From NCBI RefSeq assembly GCF_009914755.1, contig NC_060947.1: a DNA stretch of 64,000 bases; one strand, given 5' to 3'. This document shows positions 29,880 to 46,891 of this stretch, in pieces. A program made the position numbers and the translations under genes. Source of the DNA: the human T2T-CHM13v2.0 reference genome, Homo sapiens. Every line of letters starts with the position of its first letter. Positions within the stretch are counted from its first letter, which is position 1. The notes beneath the pieces are model-generated. The model saw nothing but the letters and a program-made list of their open reading frames with translations, had not been told where the DNA came from and ran no database searches.

Positions 29880-32060
29880 CATATGTTTTCTCTACTCCTG
29901 CTCTGAGGATGTAAAACTGTTAGAAAAAATAAATCACAAAATTGAGCTGATTGGCTCCATAAAAAAATTATGATTTTCAGCCTCAGCTGGGCCTTCTCTA
30001 TTGTTCTACAAATCTTTAATTCATCTTTATTCAGTTCCCTTTCTGATTTCCCACAGCAGCTGTTTCAACCCGTTACTACACTTCAATCCTCCCACTCCAA
30101 CCTCTTCATCTTTTAATCATTTCAGAAAATGAAGCTTCCTACTTCACGACAAAAAAAACGACTTTCAGGTGAGAATCCATTCAACCCTTCTTCATTTCAT
30201 TCCAAAGTTTTCTCTGTTTTTCATCCTTTTCCTGCTTCCCTCCTCTCTTGGAAGAAGGGGTGTTCTTTCTTACCTCCTTTCCTGCTCTCTCTACCTATGG
30301 TCTAGAATAGTGTTACTCAAGGTGTGGTCATGGACCCCTTCCAATCCTCAAACTGTTTGATACTGATCCACAACAGCATAAGCACTGAAATTGAGAGTAA
30401 GAATTTAGAAACTTCCATAGCAATTTGATAAATTAATTTTATGTTCGTTGGCTCTAATAATGAAAAATTAGGGTTTATATTTTGAATGTCTTTGTTTCTG
30501 TACTGCACTTTTTCTAGTAACTCATTTTTATTATATTTCACAGAAGTACCAATCTGCAACAGCTTGAAAATTTGAAAACCTGATCCTTCACCACAGGTAG
30601 TTTGAGAAATATTGGACTAAAACCCATCTTCCACTAACTTGTCTGAGATTTGACTCCATTCATTAACCCTTTTCTCTCTCATTTCTTCACTCTCACTCTC
30701 CATAGACATTCTTCCATATTACCTTTGCCTACTGTGTTGCCAACTTATTTCTCACTTTATGTTTACTGCTAGCCTACTTGAAAGAATAACTCTCATATAC
30801 TGTTTCCACCCTCCTCATCTCTTTAGCCCTCAAACCACAGCAATTTGACTTATGCCCCTACTACTGCTCCAACAAAAGTCACCAGTGATGTCTAAATTGC
30901 CCACAAGAATGGCCCTATCTTGTCCTTGTCCTATCAGACCTCTACTCTGTGTTTACTAAAGACCACCCCTTCATTCGAGGACCTCTCTTCTCCTTTGTTT
31001 CTCTAATAGCCCTCATCTGATTGTTGCTTTCTTTCTCATGGTCTATAAGGAGAACCCCAAACTCTCTTTTAGGGTCTTCTCTTACTCCAGCTACCTGTCC
31101 TTCAGGCCTCTATCCTCAGACTTTTCCTTTTGCTCTGCATTTATTGCCATCAATTTACTCAACATCTGTTTGCTGATGAATCCCAAATATCTTAACTCCA
31201 ACCCTGACTTCTGTAACCAAGCTGCAGGCTGAGTTTTCAATTGGCTTACTAGATAGTTTCACATGGATATCCCAAAGACACCTGAAATTCAACTTATCTG
31301 AGACAAAAACTTATTATACACAACCTTGGCCTTCTTAGGTATTCCCTATTTTGGTTAATGGCCTCTCTATCTACCTGATTACCCAGCCCTGGGAGTCATC
31401 TTTAACTCTTACTTATCTCTCATTCTCATACTAAGTCCATCAATATTACCTTAAATCCATTCCACTTCTATTGCCTTATTTCATCAGCTCCTACTGAGAG
31501 CCATGTGACTACTCTCTCTATATTCAGTCTATTTTTGGCACCTCCGTCAGAAGGAATATTCAGAAAACATTGTTCTGATCTTATCATTTTCCTGCTTAAA
31601 ACCTTTGGTTAATTTCTCATCGTCTATAAGGAGAACCCCAAACTCTCTAGCATTGCATATAGGAACATTTACAATCACACTGCAGACTAGTTCTCTAGCG
31701 TTGTCTTTCACCATTATCCTCCCCCCAAGACTTTGTACTCTGGTCAGATTATTGGCAGTTCCTTGAGTATGCTATGTATTTTCACTTCTCTATTTTTATT
31801 TTAGGAAATTTATTTTATCCCCTTCTTTGCCCATGCTGTTTCCTCTTTTTGGAATGTTCCTCTCCACTTCTTTATTAATAAACTTCAATTCATCCTTTAA
31901 GTCCTAAATTAAATATTGCCTCCTTTATCAGGCTACTCTGATATTATAGATCTATTCCCTTCTGCCACCTAGTCTCCCTTCCTTGAGGACAAGGACAATG
32001 TTGTGAATCTTTATGTCCCTGGCCCCATGACTACCATATAATGTTTCTTGAGTGACTACA
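29880..32060 (+). mobile_element. Long degenerate L2, interrupted by a Charlie-type element
   Basis: Pyrimidine-rich L2 motifs (aaagtcaccagtga, ctgggagtcatctttaactct, cttcctgcttaaaacct-like, ccttgaggacaaggac). Confidence 0.7.
30309..30614. mobile_element. Charlie4a-like hAT element
   Basis: Termini tagtgttactcaaggtgtggtc ... ccttcaccacaggtagtttgagaaatattg; internal gaaattgagagtaagaatttagaaac. Confidence 0.65.
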
Positions 32061-33198
32061 AGAAGTAGAAAATAAAAAAGGAAAATACTCTCCATAAAGG
32101 GCATTCTCTAAATAAAATAATTATATCTATGAAGTAATTTTTTTCATATTCTAAAGAAAAGAGAATTTTAGCCCCTTAGGTAGTGGGATCTGAAAGTTAC
32201 CAGCAACAGACTGTCAAAGAGCATATTGTGGATACATTTCTTTACATCTCAAAGATAAAAGAATATATCTTTTTCTTCTTAAATATGCCATACAATACAT
32301 AGTACAGTAGTAGTAGCATTGTGTGTGTTCAATAAATACATGCAATATTGAAATTAACTGCAAAAATGTAGATCCATGATTACTGCTGCTTACTGGTGCC
32401 ATGCCTCAAATTAAAAACTCCCGTTAAGAAATGTAGCAGGGCTTGGGGAAGGATTATGTATTCAAATATTATTTTTAAATAATTTGTCCTTGTTGTTGTA
32501 GATTTTTTTCCCTCCTACAAATCAAAACACAGACAAGCCTTTCTGTTCCCCTTTCTTAGGTGCTTTTGCTTGCAAGGTCAAAATCAGAAGTTCAGGAAGA
32601 TCACCTGAATCCAGAGCTTTTGATTTCAGAAGCCTAGGTTCATTGAGGAAAAGTATGCTGACTTGTCCCAGAGGGTTAACAAGTGAATGCTTTTGAGTAG
32701 AGGTGGGAGAAGCTGTCTGACATAGAAGTTGAGCTTCTCCGGGACAAGAGAGGAGACGGGAGTAATGGTAGATTCCATGAGCATCAAGGACTACTTTTGC
32801 TGCCTTTTAGTGTGCTAAAGAAGATACAAGATCTCAAGAGAGAATGGAGACATGGTACACTTAAGAAAGTCTGAATACTAGTCCGTGAGGATGCCAGCTT
32901 CAGCCAAAACACCCTGCTATCACCACCAATGTGCAAGAGTGGCACAGAAGCAGCTACCCCGTCTAACTTTAAGGGGATTTGCCTGACAAACATATCAACA
33001 ATGTTGGGTATGCACAAAAGGGCATAGGACCTACACTGAAAGTTGTGTTCTGGGTATCATTTGCTAGGGTCTTCATACAACCTTGACAGAAGGAGGTAAA
33101 AACCATGAGGGAGATTGAATTTTTAGCCAGCTGGAAAGGTGAAAGGCTCAGAGCAGATTGAATTTTGTTGTAGGGATATAAAGAAATGTGACATTTTT

Positions 33199-34142
33199 TG
33201 CCAGTTGTTAGAATGGCGATCATTAAAAAGTCAGGAAACAACAGATGCTGGAGAGGATGTGGAGAAATAGGGACGCTTTTATGCTGTTGGTGGGAGTGTA
33301 AATTAGTTCAACCATTGTGGAAGACAGTGTGGCGATTCCTGAAGGATCTAGAACTAGAAATACCATTTGACCCAGCAATCCCATTACTGGGTATATACCC
33401 AAGGATTATAAATCTATAAAGACACATGCACACGTATGTTTGTTGCAGCACTGTTCACAATAGCAAAGACTTAGAACCAACCCAAATGCCCATCAATGAT
33501 AGACTGGATAAAGAAAATGTGGCACATATACACCATGGAATACTATGCAGCCATAAAAAAGGATGAGTTCATGTCCTTTGCAGGGACATGGATGAAGCTG
33601 GAAATCATCATTCTCAGCAAACTATCACAAGAACAGAAAAGGAAGCACTACATGTTCTCACTCATAAGTGGGAGTTGAACAATGAGAACACATGGACATG
33701 GGGGTGCAGGGCTCATCACACACCAGGGCCTGTCAGGGGGTGGGGGTCTGGGGGAGGGATAGCATTAGGAGAAATACCTAATGTAGGTGATGGGTTTATG
33801 GGTGCAGCAAACCACCATGGCACGTGTCTACCTGTGTAACAAACCTGCACGTTCTGCACATGTACCCCAGAACTTAAAATAAAATAAAATAAAATAAAAT
33901 CAGATGGTTTGCTTTTGTTGTTGTCTGGTAGGAGTTCCTTATATATTATGAATATCAATTCCTTATCAGATATAATATTTAAAAATGTTTCTTTTTATTT
34001 CATGGATTGCCTTATCACTCTGTTGGTATTCTTTGATATACAAGAGTTTTGAATTTTCATAATGTCCAGCTTACCTCTTTTTCCTTTTGTTGTTTGTGCT
34101 TTTGGTGCCATATTCAATAAATCATTGCCAAAAGAAAAAAAG
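33199..34142 (+). mobile_element. 5'-truncated L1PA (L1PA6/7-like) carrying a ~230-bp 3' transduction
   Basis: L1 3' end 33199-33900 with (AAAAT)n tail, extra segment 33901-34129, second A-tail, TSD AAAGAAATGTGACATTTTT at 33180-33198 and 34143-34161. Confidence 0.92.
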
Positions 34143-34889
34143 AAAGAAATGTGACATTTTTGCACCCTGGTGTGTGGACCAAATTTCATGGCTGCAATTC
34201 TAATTTGGTGTTGTTGGTTACTTACTTGCTCACTTTGTACCTTAAATTTATACTTTTTAAAAACAAAGATAACACCTTCCCTCTACCTTACAGTATTTCT
34301 ATGACACAAAAATTAAATAAGGTAAGAAAAATTGCTTTGAAAAGGCACAAATGAGTATATTTTAGTAAATTGCAGAAATCAGTGTGAAAAAGAAACCATA
34401 TTTGATAGCTTTAGTTCCATACTGAACCTAAAGGATATATTATTATAAAACTGATAGCACAAATATATTTATTATCTTAATCTAGGTTGCCTGTATTGAG
34501 ATATGTTTTTAATATTTTCTCTACAAATGCACTAGTTGTTTTCCTTAGCTTTTCTTTAATTTTCTTGTGTTTAATCGCTTTCAAATGAAAGAAGTCCAGA
34601 TATATAGTTTCCATTATGAACTACATCTTCAATAATTTGATCTTTACTGAGGACAGTGTTATTCCTAGGGTGTAATGAACTGTAACAACTGCTTCATAAC
34701 ATATAGTTGCTGATGCCTCATGTTCTGGACCACACAGAGTCAGACCTTGGCACATTTCTGCCTGCTTCATTGCCAGCTCCTTGGGCAAACCTTATAACCT
34801 GAGAGTGTCTGGGTTGCCAGACTCTGCAGAATCAGATTGCCTAAGTGAAGGGAGGGCATATGTAATATATAAGAGGCACCATTGCACAC

Positions 34890-35130
34890 TGATGGTTAAG
34901 GGCACTGACTCTGGATGGTGACTGCATTGCACAACTCTAGGGAACACTTGGCCCAGCTTTGAATCCATTCTACCACATAACAACTACATGATATTAGACA
35001 AATCATTTAATTTCAGCCTTGTAAAATGGGGGTAATAATAGTATCTTCTTCATGGGGTTATTGGGAAGATTCAATCATATAATGAATGTAAAGCCCTTGG
35101 CACAGTGCCTAACACTGTGCATACCCAATC
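34890..35130 (+). mobile_element. MIR
   Basis: tggttaagggcactgactctgga...tgtaaaatgggggtaataatagta...gcacagtgcct. Confidence 0.7.
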
Positions 35131-36311
35131 ATGGTAGCTAGTATCAATATAAAAGTATCAGTGGGCAGAGGGTGGGTGGTGGAGAAATGATTCCAAGACC
35201 ACCTTGGGAGCAAAGATCTGGATTTGCTGGCAAGTCAGACGATCACTAGGAAATGCCATCTGGGAAAAAAATGCCATGTAGTTATGTGTCTGATTATGAT
35301 TTGATACATACATTCCTCACTACAGGGCAGGAACTTTGTCCTGATTACTGTGATATCCAGCATAGAATGGTGCTTCACACGTAGTAGTCACTCAATAAAC
35401 ATGGGATAAATGAATCAAACTAGGGGTTGCCGATGGCATAGGTCCCAGAGCTCTATAGCAGCCCACCACGGACAGCTTAGCACAATGCCCTGAATATAGT
35501 ATGTGCTCAAGAAAGAATGAGTGATGTAAGAACCTCAGACAGTGTTGTACTTTACCATATCAGTTTCCACTTTACCTTAGTTGGATAAATTACATCACCC
35601 AAATTCAGCTTTCCTTGTTTTGCCTCTATTTCATCAGCTCCAAAGCCCTATCCCAATTTTAGAATCCCTAATTCATCATGTACATTCATTTGGCAAATAC
35701 TCTTTGCGTGCTTAGTACATGCCAGGCATTATGCTAGATGCCATGAACCTCCTGGAGCTTGTTTAGTGGGGAGACTAGCAGCATGCAAGTCAACGAACAG
35801 ATAAGATGATTTCAAATAGTGATAACTGAGTGCTATAAGAAAAGTAAAACAGGGTAACTTTATGGGGGATTACCTTAGAGTAGGTGGTCAGAAAAAGGTC
35901 AGAGAGAGCCTCATTTCTAAGGATGTAACACCTAAGTTGGATGATGAAGATCAGTAGCTGCAGAAATAAAAGGAGGTTGCTCTCTTGGAAGTGCCCAGTT
36001 TCTTCTGAAAAGCTGTGAAAAATCTCTCAAAAATGGAGGACAGTTAAGCAAAGACTGGAGACTGCAGGAGGAGAAAGTGAGCAAGGATTGGCAAATTACC
36101 ATCCTGCCTAAACCAGTCTCAACCTTTTTGAGCTATTTTTAGAGGTTAGGTGTTTCATTGCATGTCAAGGTTAGAAAGTCACTTAGAGATCATCCAGATC
36201 CGTGCTATTCCGTATGCTGTATATATACCCCTGGTGGTACATGAGATGATTTTAGGTACTCGTAGATGAACATTATTTATTTTGATGTGTATTTTTTTAA
36301 AAAAACATCTC

Positions 36312-36432
36312 GACTGGGTGTGGTGGCTCACGCCTGTAATCCCAGCAGTTTGGGAGGCCGAGGTGAGTGGATCATCTGAGATCAGGAGTTCAAGGCCAGC
36401 CTCGCCAACATGGTGAAACCCTGTCTCTACTA

Positions 36433-36464
<32 letters not shown>

Positions 36465-36620
36465 AACAAAAAAAATTAGCCAGGTGTGGTCGCATGTTTC
36501 TGTAGTTCCAGCTACTCAGGAGGCTGAGGCAGGAGAATTGCTTGATCCCAGGAGGCAGAGGTTGCAGTGAACTCAGATCACCTGGGCAACAGAGCAAGAC
36601 TCCGTCTCAAAAAAAAAAAA
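36312..36620 (+). mobile_element. Alu (AluS-type) with expanded (CAAAA)n linker and a small right-arm deletion
   Basis: Both arms visible; gatcacctgggcaac lacks the ccactgcactccag segment. Confidence 0.93.
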
Positions 36621-36964
36621 TCTAATATGGAGCCCATGATTTCATGATTATTATTGCTTTGATGAAATTAATGTAGGAAGAGCCATGCCAAGTCACTTTC
36701 CAGAGATCAATTTGGTTGGCCAAGAATGGACTCTGGATAGGCTTATGGGATGAACCTGAGGTAGGGAAGGCTGCCACCCCCAGGAATGAGAGATAGAATG
36801 CCCAAATGCCCTTCCTGTAATTTATGTTATTCTTGGATATGTCAAAAATCATGTAGGTTTTATACACAGATGGAAATATTGATTTGACTCTCTTGCCTTT
36901 GAATTCCTTCCACAAAGAAATTATTTTAGAGCCTGTAAACATCTAAGGAAATGGCAGGTCCTCT

Positions 36965-37205
36965 TGGTGGTTAAGTGAAAAGCCTCTAGAGTTAGTCATT
37001 CCTGGATTTGAATTCCAGCTCTGCCATTTAATTGCTATGTGACCTTGGGCAAGTAGTTTAAACCTGTCTACACCTTAGTTTCCTCATCTGCAGAGATGGG
37101 TACTCTAGGACCCATTTCTTAAAAGAGTTATTGAAAGGATTAAATGAGATAATATATGTGGGAAGTACTTTTCCTAGTGTCTGTCACATAGTAGGTGCTC
37201 AAAAT
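36965..37205 (+). mobile_element. MIR
   Basis: cctggatttgaattccagctctgccattt...tgtgaccttgggcaagt...gtttcctcatctg core. Confidence 0.85.
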
Positions 37206-37445
37206 ACATTATAGCTTTAATTATTCAAGTTTTCTGGGGCAGTTTCCATTTCAAATATTCTGTTGTGTTTTTAGACTATTTGTTCTCATTTGAAATTCTA
37301 AAATGTCATCACTGTATTTTTCTTCAGCATTTGAAGGAGGAGGGTTTGTTTTTTCAGGTATAAAGACACAAAACTGCCTCCACTTTCTACACTTGATTTG
37401 AAAATCTCAATCCTAGTCAGAGACATCTTATTAAGACCCAAAGCA

Positions 37446-38173
37446 TAGGATGGCTACTATAAATAAACAGAAAATAAAGAGTATTGGTGAGGATGTAGAG
37501 AAAATTGAACTCTTGTATACAGTTGGTGGGAATGTAAAACGGTTCAACCACTGTGGGAAACAGTATGGCAGTTCCCAAAAAAATAAAAAATAGAATTATA
37601 TGATCCTTCAATTTTGCTCATGGGTATATACCCAAATGACTTGAAAACAGTGTCTTGAAGAGATATTTGTACACTTATTTTCATAGCAGCATTATTCATA
37701 ATAGCTAAAACAGGAAGCAACTCAAGTGTCTATCAACAGATGAATGGATAAGCAAAATGTGGTATATACATACAATGAAACATTATTCAGCCTTAACAAA
37801 GAAGGAAACTCTGCAATATGCTACAGCATGGGTGAACCTTGAGGACATTATGCTAAGTGAAATAAGCCAGTCACAAAAAGACAAATACTGTATGATTCTA
37901 CCTATATGAGGTACTTAGAATAGTCAAAATCATAGAGACAGAAAACAGAACAGTGATTGCCAGGGACTGAGGGAAGGCAAGAATGGGGAGTCATTGTTTA
38001 ATGGCTACAGAGTTTCAGTTGTACAAGATGAAAAGGGTTATGGAGATGGATGGTGGTGATGGTTGTTTAACATGATGATGTGTTTAATACCACTGAACTA
38101 TACATTTAAAAAGTTAAGATGGTACATTTTATGTTTCATGTATTCTAACACAATAAGACATTTGAGAAAAAAG
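37446..38173 (+). mobile_element. L1MA/L1MB 3' end
   Basis: ORF2 end and 3' UTR (gacattatgctaagtgaaataagccagtcacaaaaagacaaatactg); possible decayed TSD aagacccaaagca / aagacctaaaaca. Confidence 0.88.
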
Positions 38174-39356
38174 AAGACCTAAAACAGACTTGTACCCACA
38201 AAGAATGGAGAAGGGAAGAAGAGTGATCTTTAAACACAGAAGTACCAGGCAGTGAAATTTTGAGTTTTCCTCAGAAGTACAAACAATGAGTGGACAGACA
38301 AGAAGCCAGGGTGGGAGAGACCTTTCATTGGGTGTGACCCTTCATTTCCAGTTCTACTTGAAGATTTTGCTTTAATTAACACAAAGGTGAAGCTCAGATT
38401 GTAGATGGCCTGACATTGCTTATGATCAGCCGTTTTTCTAAATTATCTAAACCTCATTATAATTATACATATGAAATGCCTGGTAATAAAATTGCATAGT
38501 AATTACACAGCCCGTAACATCAGTATTCAACCTGCAGGCTCCAGCTGCCCTCTGATATTCATTATAATCAGGTTTCGCCTGTTTACAAATGGCAGGGGAG
38601 GTAAATCCACTCAATGGATTTTGTTCTGGAATCTGTATGCCCTCCAGGGTCAGCTGAAACTCATAGAAAATTGTCCTTTAATATTTGAATCAATATACAT
38701 GTATCCAAACCATATCCTTCTTCTTCATCAACTCTCTAGTTCTGGATACCTAATTAGATTCATCAATTCCTCCATAGCCTTCCTGAGAGAGAGGAGAATT
38801 AAGCAATGGGTCAGCCAGGGAACTGCCTGGGGTGCCAATTTAAAAGGGATGTTTAAAAATCCCTGGAATAAAACATAAATATGGTGCTGCATACCTTGGG
38901 TTTCTGCCAGTACTTCCTAAAGTAATTGGTGAAATGAAAATTGGCCACTTCTTTCACCTAAGGAGGCTGGGACCTTTGAGTAAAAAATTAAAAGCAAAAG
39001 CAAGCCAGTCCTCACTGGTGCCAACCACTCTATTTTCGTGACAAGCGCGTGCAAGTTAAAGGGTGTGCCACCAACGGTGAGATTAGCAAGATGGGAGTTG
39101 CTGAAAGTAGGCAACTCTCCACAATCACCTGATATTGAGAAACAAAATACTGCATGTTGCAATGCTCTTTATCAAGAATGAAGGGTTCATTTCCTTATCT
39201 AAATTTTAAATCCTCTACTATACCTTCCCCAAAGTTACCTGGTTTGGAGAATTGCAAAAGGACACTGAGGACAAAATAAAAACTACAGAAAAGTGGAAAA
39301 TGGTTTGTTGTAAAAAAAAAAAAAAAAAAAAAAAACAAAAAAAGGAGAAATTCTAA

Positions 39357-39733
<377 letters not shown>

Positions 39734-39879
39734 TAAGTTATCTGATTTTATAATTATATCCCTGTAAGTTACTGCCATTATATTTAGTTTTGAGTGACAA
39801 AACAAACAAAAGAAATGAAAGTAATAAATCAGTAATTTAAAATGCCAATTTAGGATTTTTTGCTGTAGTTGAAGGCAAA

Positions 39880-39883
<4 letters not shown>

Positions 39884-39930
<47 letters not shown>
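39884..39930. repeat. (AC)~23 microsatellite
   Basis: Uninterrupted dinucleotide run. Confidence 0.98.
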
Positions 39931-39931
<1 letters not shown>

Positions 39932-39934
39932 CAT

Positions 39935-40195
39935 ATTGGTTAAGCTCATAGGCTCAGATGTGAGCCTACCAGAGATTAAATCCTGGCTCCACTACTTACT
40001 AGCTGTGTGATCTTGGCTAAGTGACTTAAACTTTGGGCCTCATCTATTAAATGGGGATGATGATGGTGGTGGTGATGATGACGATGATGACGATAACAGT
40101 GCTCACCTCCTAGGATTAAATGAGATAACGCATGTAAAGTGGTTAGCATAGTTCCTGACATACGGTAAACACTCAATAAATGATAGCTATTATTG
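39935..40195 (+). mobile_element. MIR containing a (TGA/TGG)n simple repeat at 40057-40092
   Basis: aaatcctggctccactacttactagctgtgtgatcttgg...ggattaaatgagataacgcatgtaaag. Confidence 0.85.
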
Positions 40196-40399
40196 TTATA
40201 AGTGTAGGTAGTGAATTTTTTATTTCAAACATAAGGAAAAAAGACATACACTATTTAAAATAGAAACTCAGTCTCTCCCTACTCTCATTAAGTAAATGTT
40301 GACCAAATATTTTAAATATATGCAGGTGAAGAGGCACCAGAACATAAGCCTGCCTGGGGCATCCACATTGTCTCATCCAGTCTTGCTGAGGAGGGCAAC

Positions 40400-40625
40400 T
40401 GTGGTACAATCAAAAGAATGCTAGATTTTTAGAACTGGAAAATCTGGCTTCAGGTCCCATCTCTGCCACTTAATAGTTACTAGTGTGACCATGAACAAAT
40501 CATATAACCTCTCTGAGTTACAATTTCCTCATATGGAAATGAAGATACCTATGTTATAGATGGGTGGTGAGGACTGGAAAAGGTTGTATGGAAAAGCATC
40601 TGGCACATATTAGGCATTCAGCAAT
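40400..40625 (+). mobile_element. MIR
   Basis: ctctgccacttaatag...tgtgaccatgaacaaatcatataacctctctgag core. Confidence 0.7.
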
Positions 40626-41289
40626 TGTTTATTGACTCTGAATCACAGAAAGAAAATAATTCAATGGAGATTTTAATACTTATCTGTCATCAAGGATGAT
40701 GGCACAAGTTTCTGAGCAGCACTGATTTTGCCTCAAACTAGCTTCTGCCATTTCTTGTGAAAAGGTCAATATTACTGTCATATCCATAAGGCTCCAAGAT
40801 GTAATTGTGTATGCCTGCTAAGACTTTTTAAAACAGGGTGATAGAGTTTGGCTTAAATGCCAGCACAGACCTTTCTACATAAATGTAGTACTGAAAAAGT
40901 GCTGAAATATTCCAAAGATGCTACTATTAATACCAACTTCAAAAATGATGAGGAAGTTGATGGCAGCAACTATAGTAACATGTTTTAGTTTTTTATGTTT
41001 TGTTTCACTTTGTTTTAAGTCACTGGCAAGATTATAGTCCAATTTGTCCTCTATTGACTACTGAACAATATTGTTTGTGGAACATTCCTGGAATCTGTTT
41101 GACTGTAACATAATCTGGTTTTGTGTACATAAAATTAGATTTAATACAGAAATAGGAGAAGTGAACAGCATCAAAATAATTCCAGAATACTCATAGGCCT
41201 TATAAAAATATTTGACAGCATTAGCTGACTTCCACTCTGATAGTTACGGAGCAAATTTAGCAGTCTCTAGAAGCTCTTACTCAAATATA

Positions 41290-42187
<898 letters not shown>

Positions 42188-42288
42188 TAATAATGTCAGA
42201 CAGATGACAAAGTAATGTATAAAGAGCCTTTTAGAATCAATAACTAAAAGACCATTAAAAAAGTGGGCATACATTAAAATGAATATTC

Positions 42289-42579
42289 TTTTTTTTTTGA
42301 GACAGAGTCTCACTCTGTCACCCAGGCTGGAGTGCAGTGGCCGCAATCTCAGCTCACTGCACCCTCCGCCTCCTGGGTTCAAGTGATTCTCCTGCCTCAG
42401 CCTCCTGAGTAGCTGGGATTACAGGCACACGCCACCACGCCTGGCTAATTTTTGTATTTTTAGTAGAGACGGGGTTTCACCATGTTGGTCAGGATGGTCT
42501 CAAACTCCTGACTTCATGATCTGCTTGCCTTGGCCTCCCAAAGTGCTGGGATTACAGGCATGAGCCACTGCACTTGGCC
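42289..42579 (-). mobile_element. Alu (AluS-type) within the retro-insertion
   Basis: Reverse-complement Alu; decayed TSD aaaatgaatattct / aaaatgcattttct. Confidence 0.95.
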
Positions 42580-42752
42580 TAAAATGCATTTTCTAGATGA
42601 TTGAATAACAATAGTCCTTTGCTATGAGATAATGACTTGGTTTATGGCCTTAATATACTACTTAATTACTTAAGACATTTATTAATAGAATGATAAATGC
42701 ATAGAGTAACCTGTAAGCATGACATACTTTTGCTTTCAGTAGTTTCATGTAA

Positions 42753-45429
<2,677 letters not shown>

Positions 45430-45461
45430 AAAGAAAAAAACTTGAAAATAGTAATACCTGA

Positions 45462-45655
45462 GGACACATGGGAACAACAGACACTGCAGAGGGAGGGTGT
45501 GGACCAAGAGCTGTAAAACTACCTACTGGGTACTCTGCTCACTACCTGGGTGACGGGATCATCCATACCCCAAACCTCAGCATCACACAGTATACCCAGC
45601 TAACAAGCCTGCCCATGTGTTCCCTGAATCAAAAATAAAAATTGAAATAATTTTT
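45462..45655 (+). mobile_element. Older L1P 3' UTR fragment (L1PA13-17/PB-type) inside the retro-insertion
   Basis: gggtactctgctcactacctgggtgacgggatcatccataccccaaacctcagcatcacacagtataccc. Confidence 0.8.
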
Positions 45656-46369
45656 TTAAAAAGAAAAATACAATAGTATTACCCATAGGACAAAATTTGT
45701 ACTATTAGCAATAATTATTTTGTGTCTCATTTAGAAACAATTTGACTTTTGTTCCAGAGTTTAAATTTTGACAAAAATGGTTTTGAATAGATCTTTATAA
45801 CCTGATGCCATAAATACAAGGTTCTCTGATACCTTCATTTATTATATCAATATTGGGCCTAAAACAGTATTCTGTAAAGCTTAAGTTGGTATTAACTATG
45901 ATCATCTTGATGTCTATGATAGATAATAAACAAGGTCATACATACCTTACTAAGCAATTTTGGTTTTTCACCAACATTTTATTCTTTAAAAGATTTACAG
46001 TAACACAATTATTTAGCATTTCAAGTTGTGTGCTTTATTTAGCAAGTGAGAAAAAATTGGAATATTGAAGTATTTGCATAAAAAATCAAATGGTAGTGTT
46101 TTATAATCTCTATTGTATTTCCTATTAAATTTTTATATGTTACTTTCCCATTGTTCCTGAATTTGTTATCCTGTATATAAACAGAAACATGGATGAGTCA
46201 AAAAAAAGTGGACATAGGCTATGAGTAGATTATTCAAAAAGGAACTACAAATGGTCATATAATCAATAAACATATGAAAAAGTGTCAAATATCACTAGTA
46301 TTCAAAGAAATAATAAACCACAATAAGTTACTAGTTTTCACTAATATGATATTGCTAAATATCATTTTT

Positions 46370-46891
<522 letters not shown>

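Noticed and set aside
38471-38878. 135-aa ATG-initiated ORF
   Set aside because: No recognisable domain; runs into probable DNA-transposon sequence
39312-39343. Orphan poly(A) run as the tail of a further retrocopy
   Set aside because: No matching TSD or recognisable body upstream; treated as a simple repeat
39976-40176. ORF with a poly-His tract
   Set aside because: Produced by a (TGA/TGG)n microsatellite inside a MIR
45447-46201. 3' transduction by the adjacent L1PA
   Set aside because: The L1PA's own TSD closes at 45446; this sequence continues the host insert that begins left of the L1
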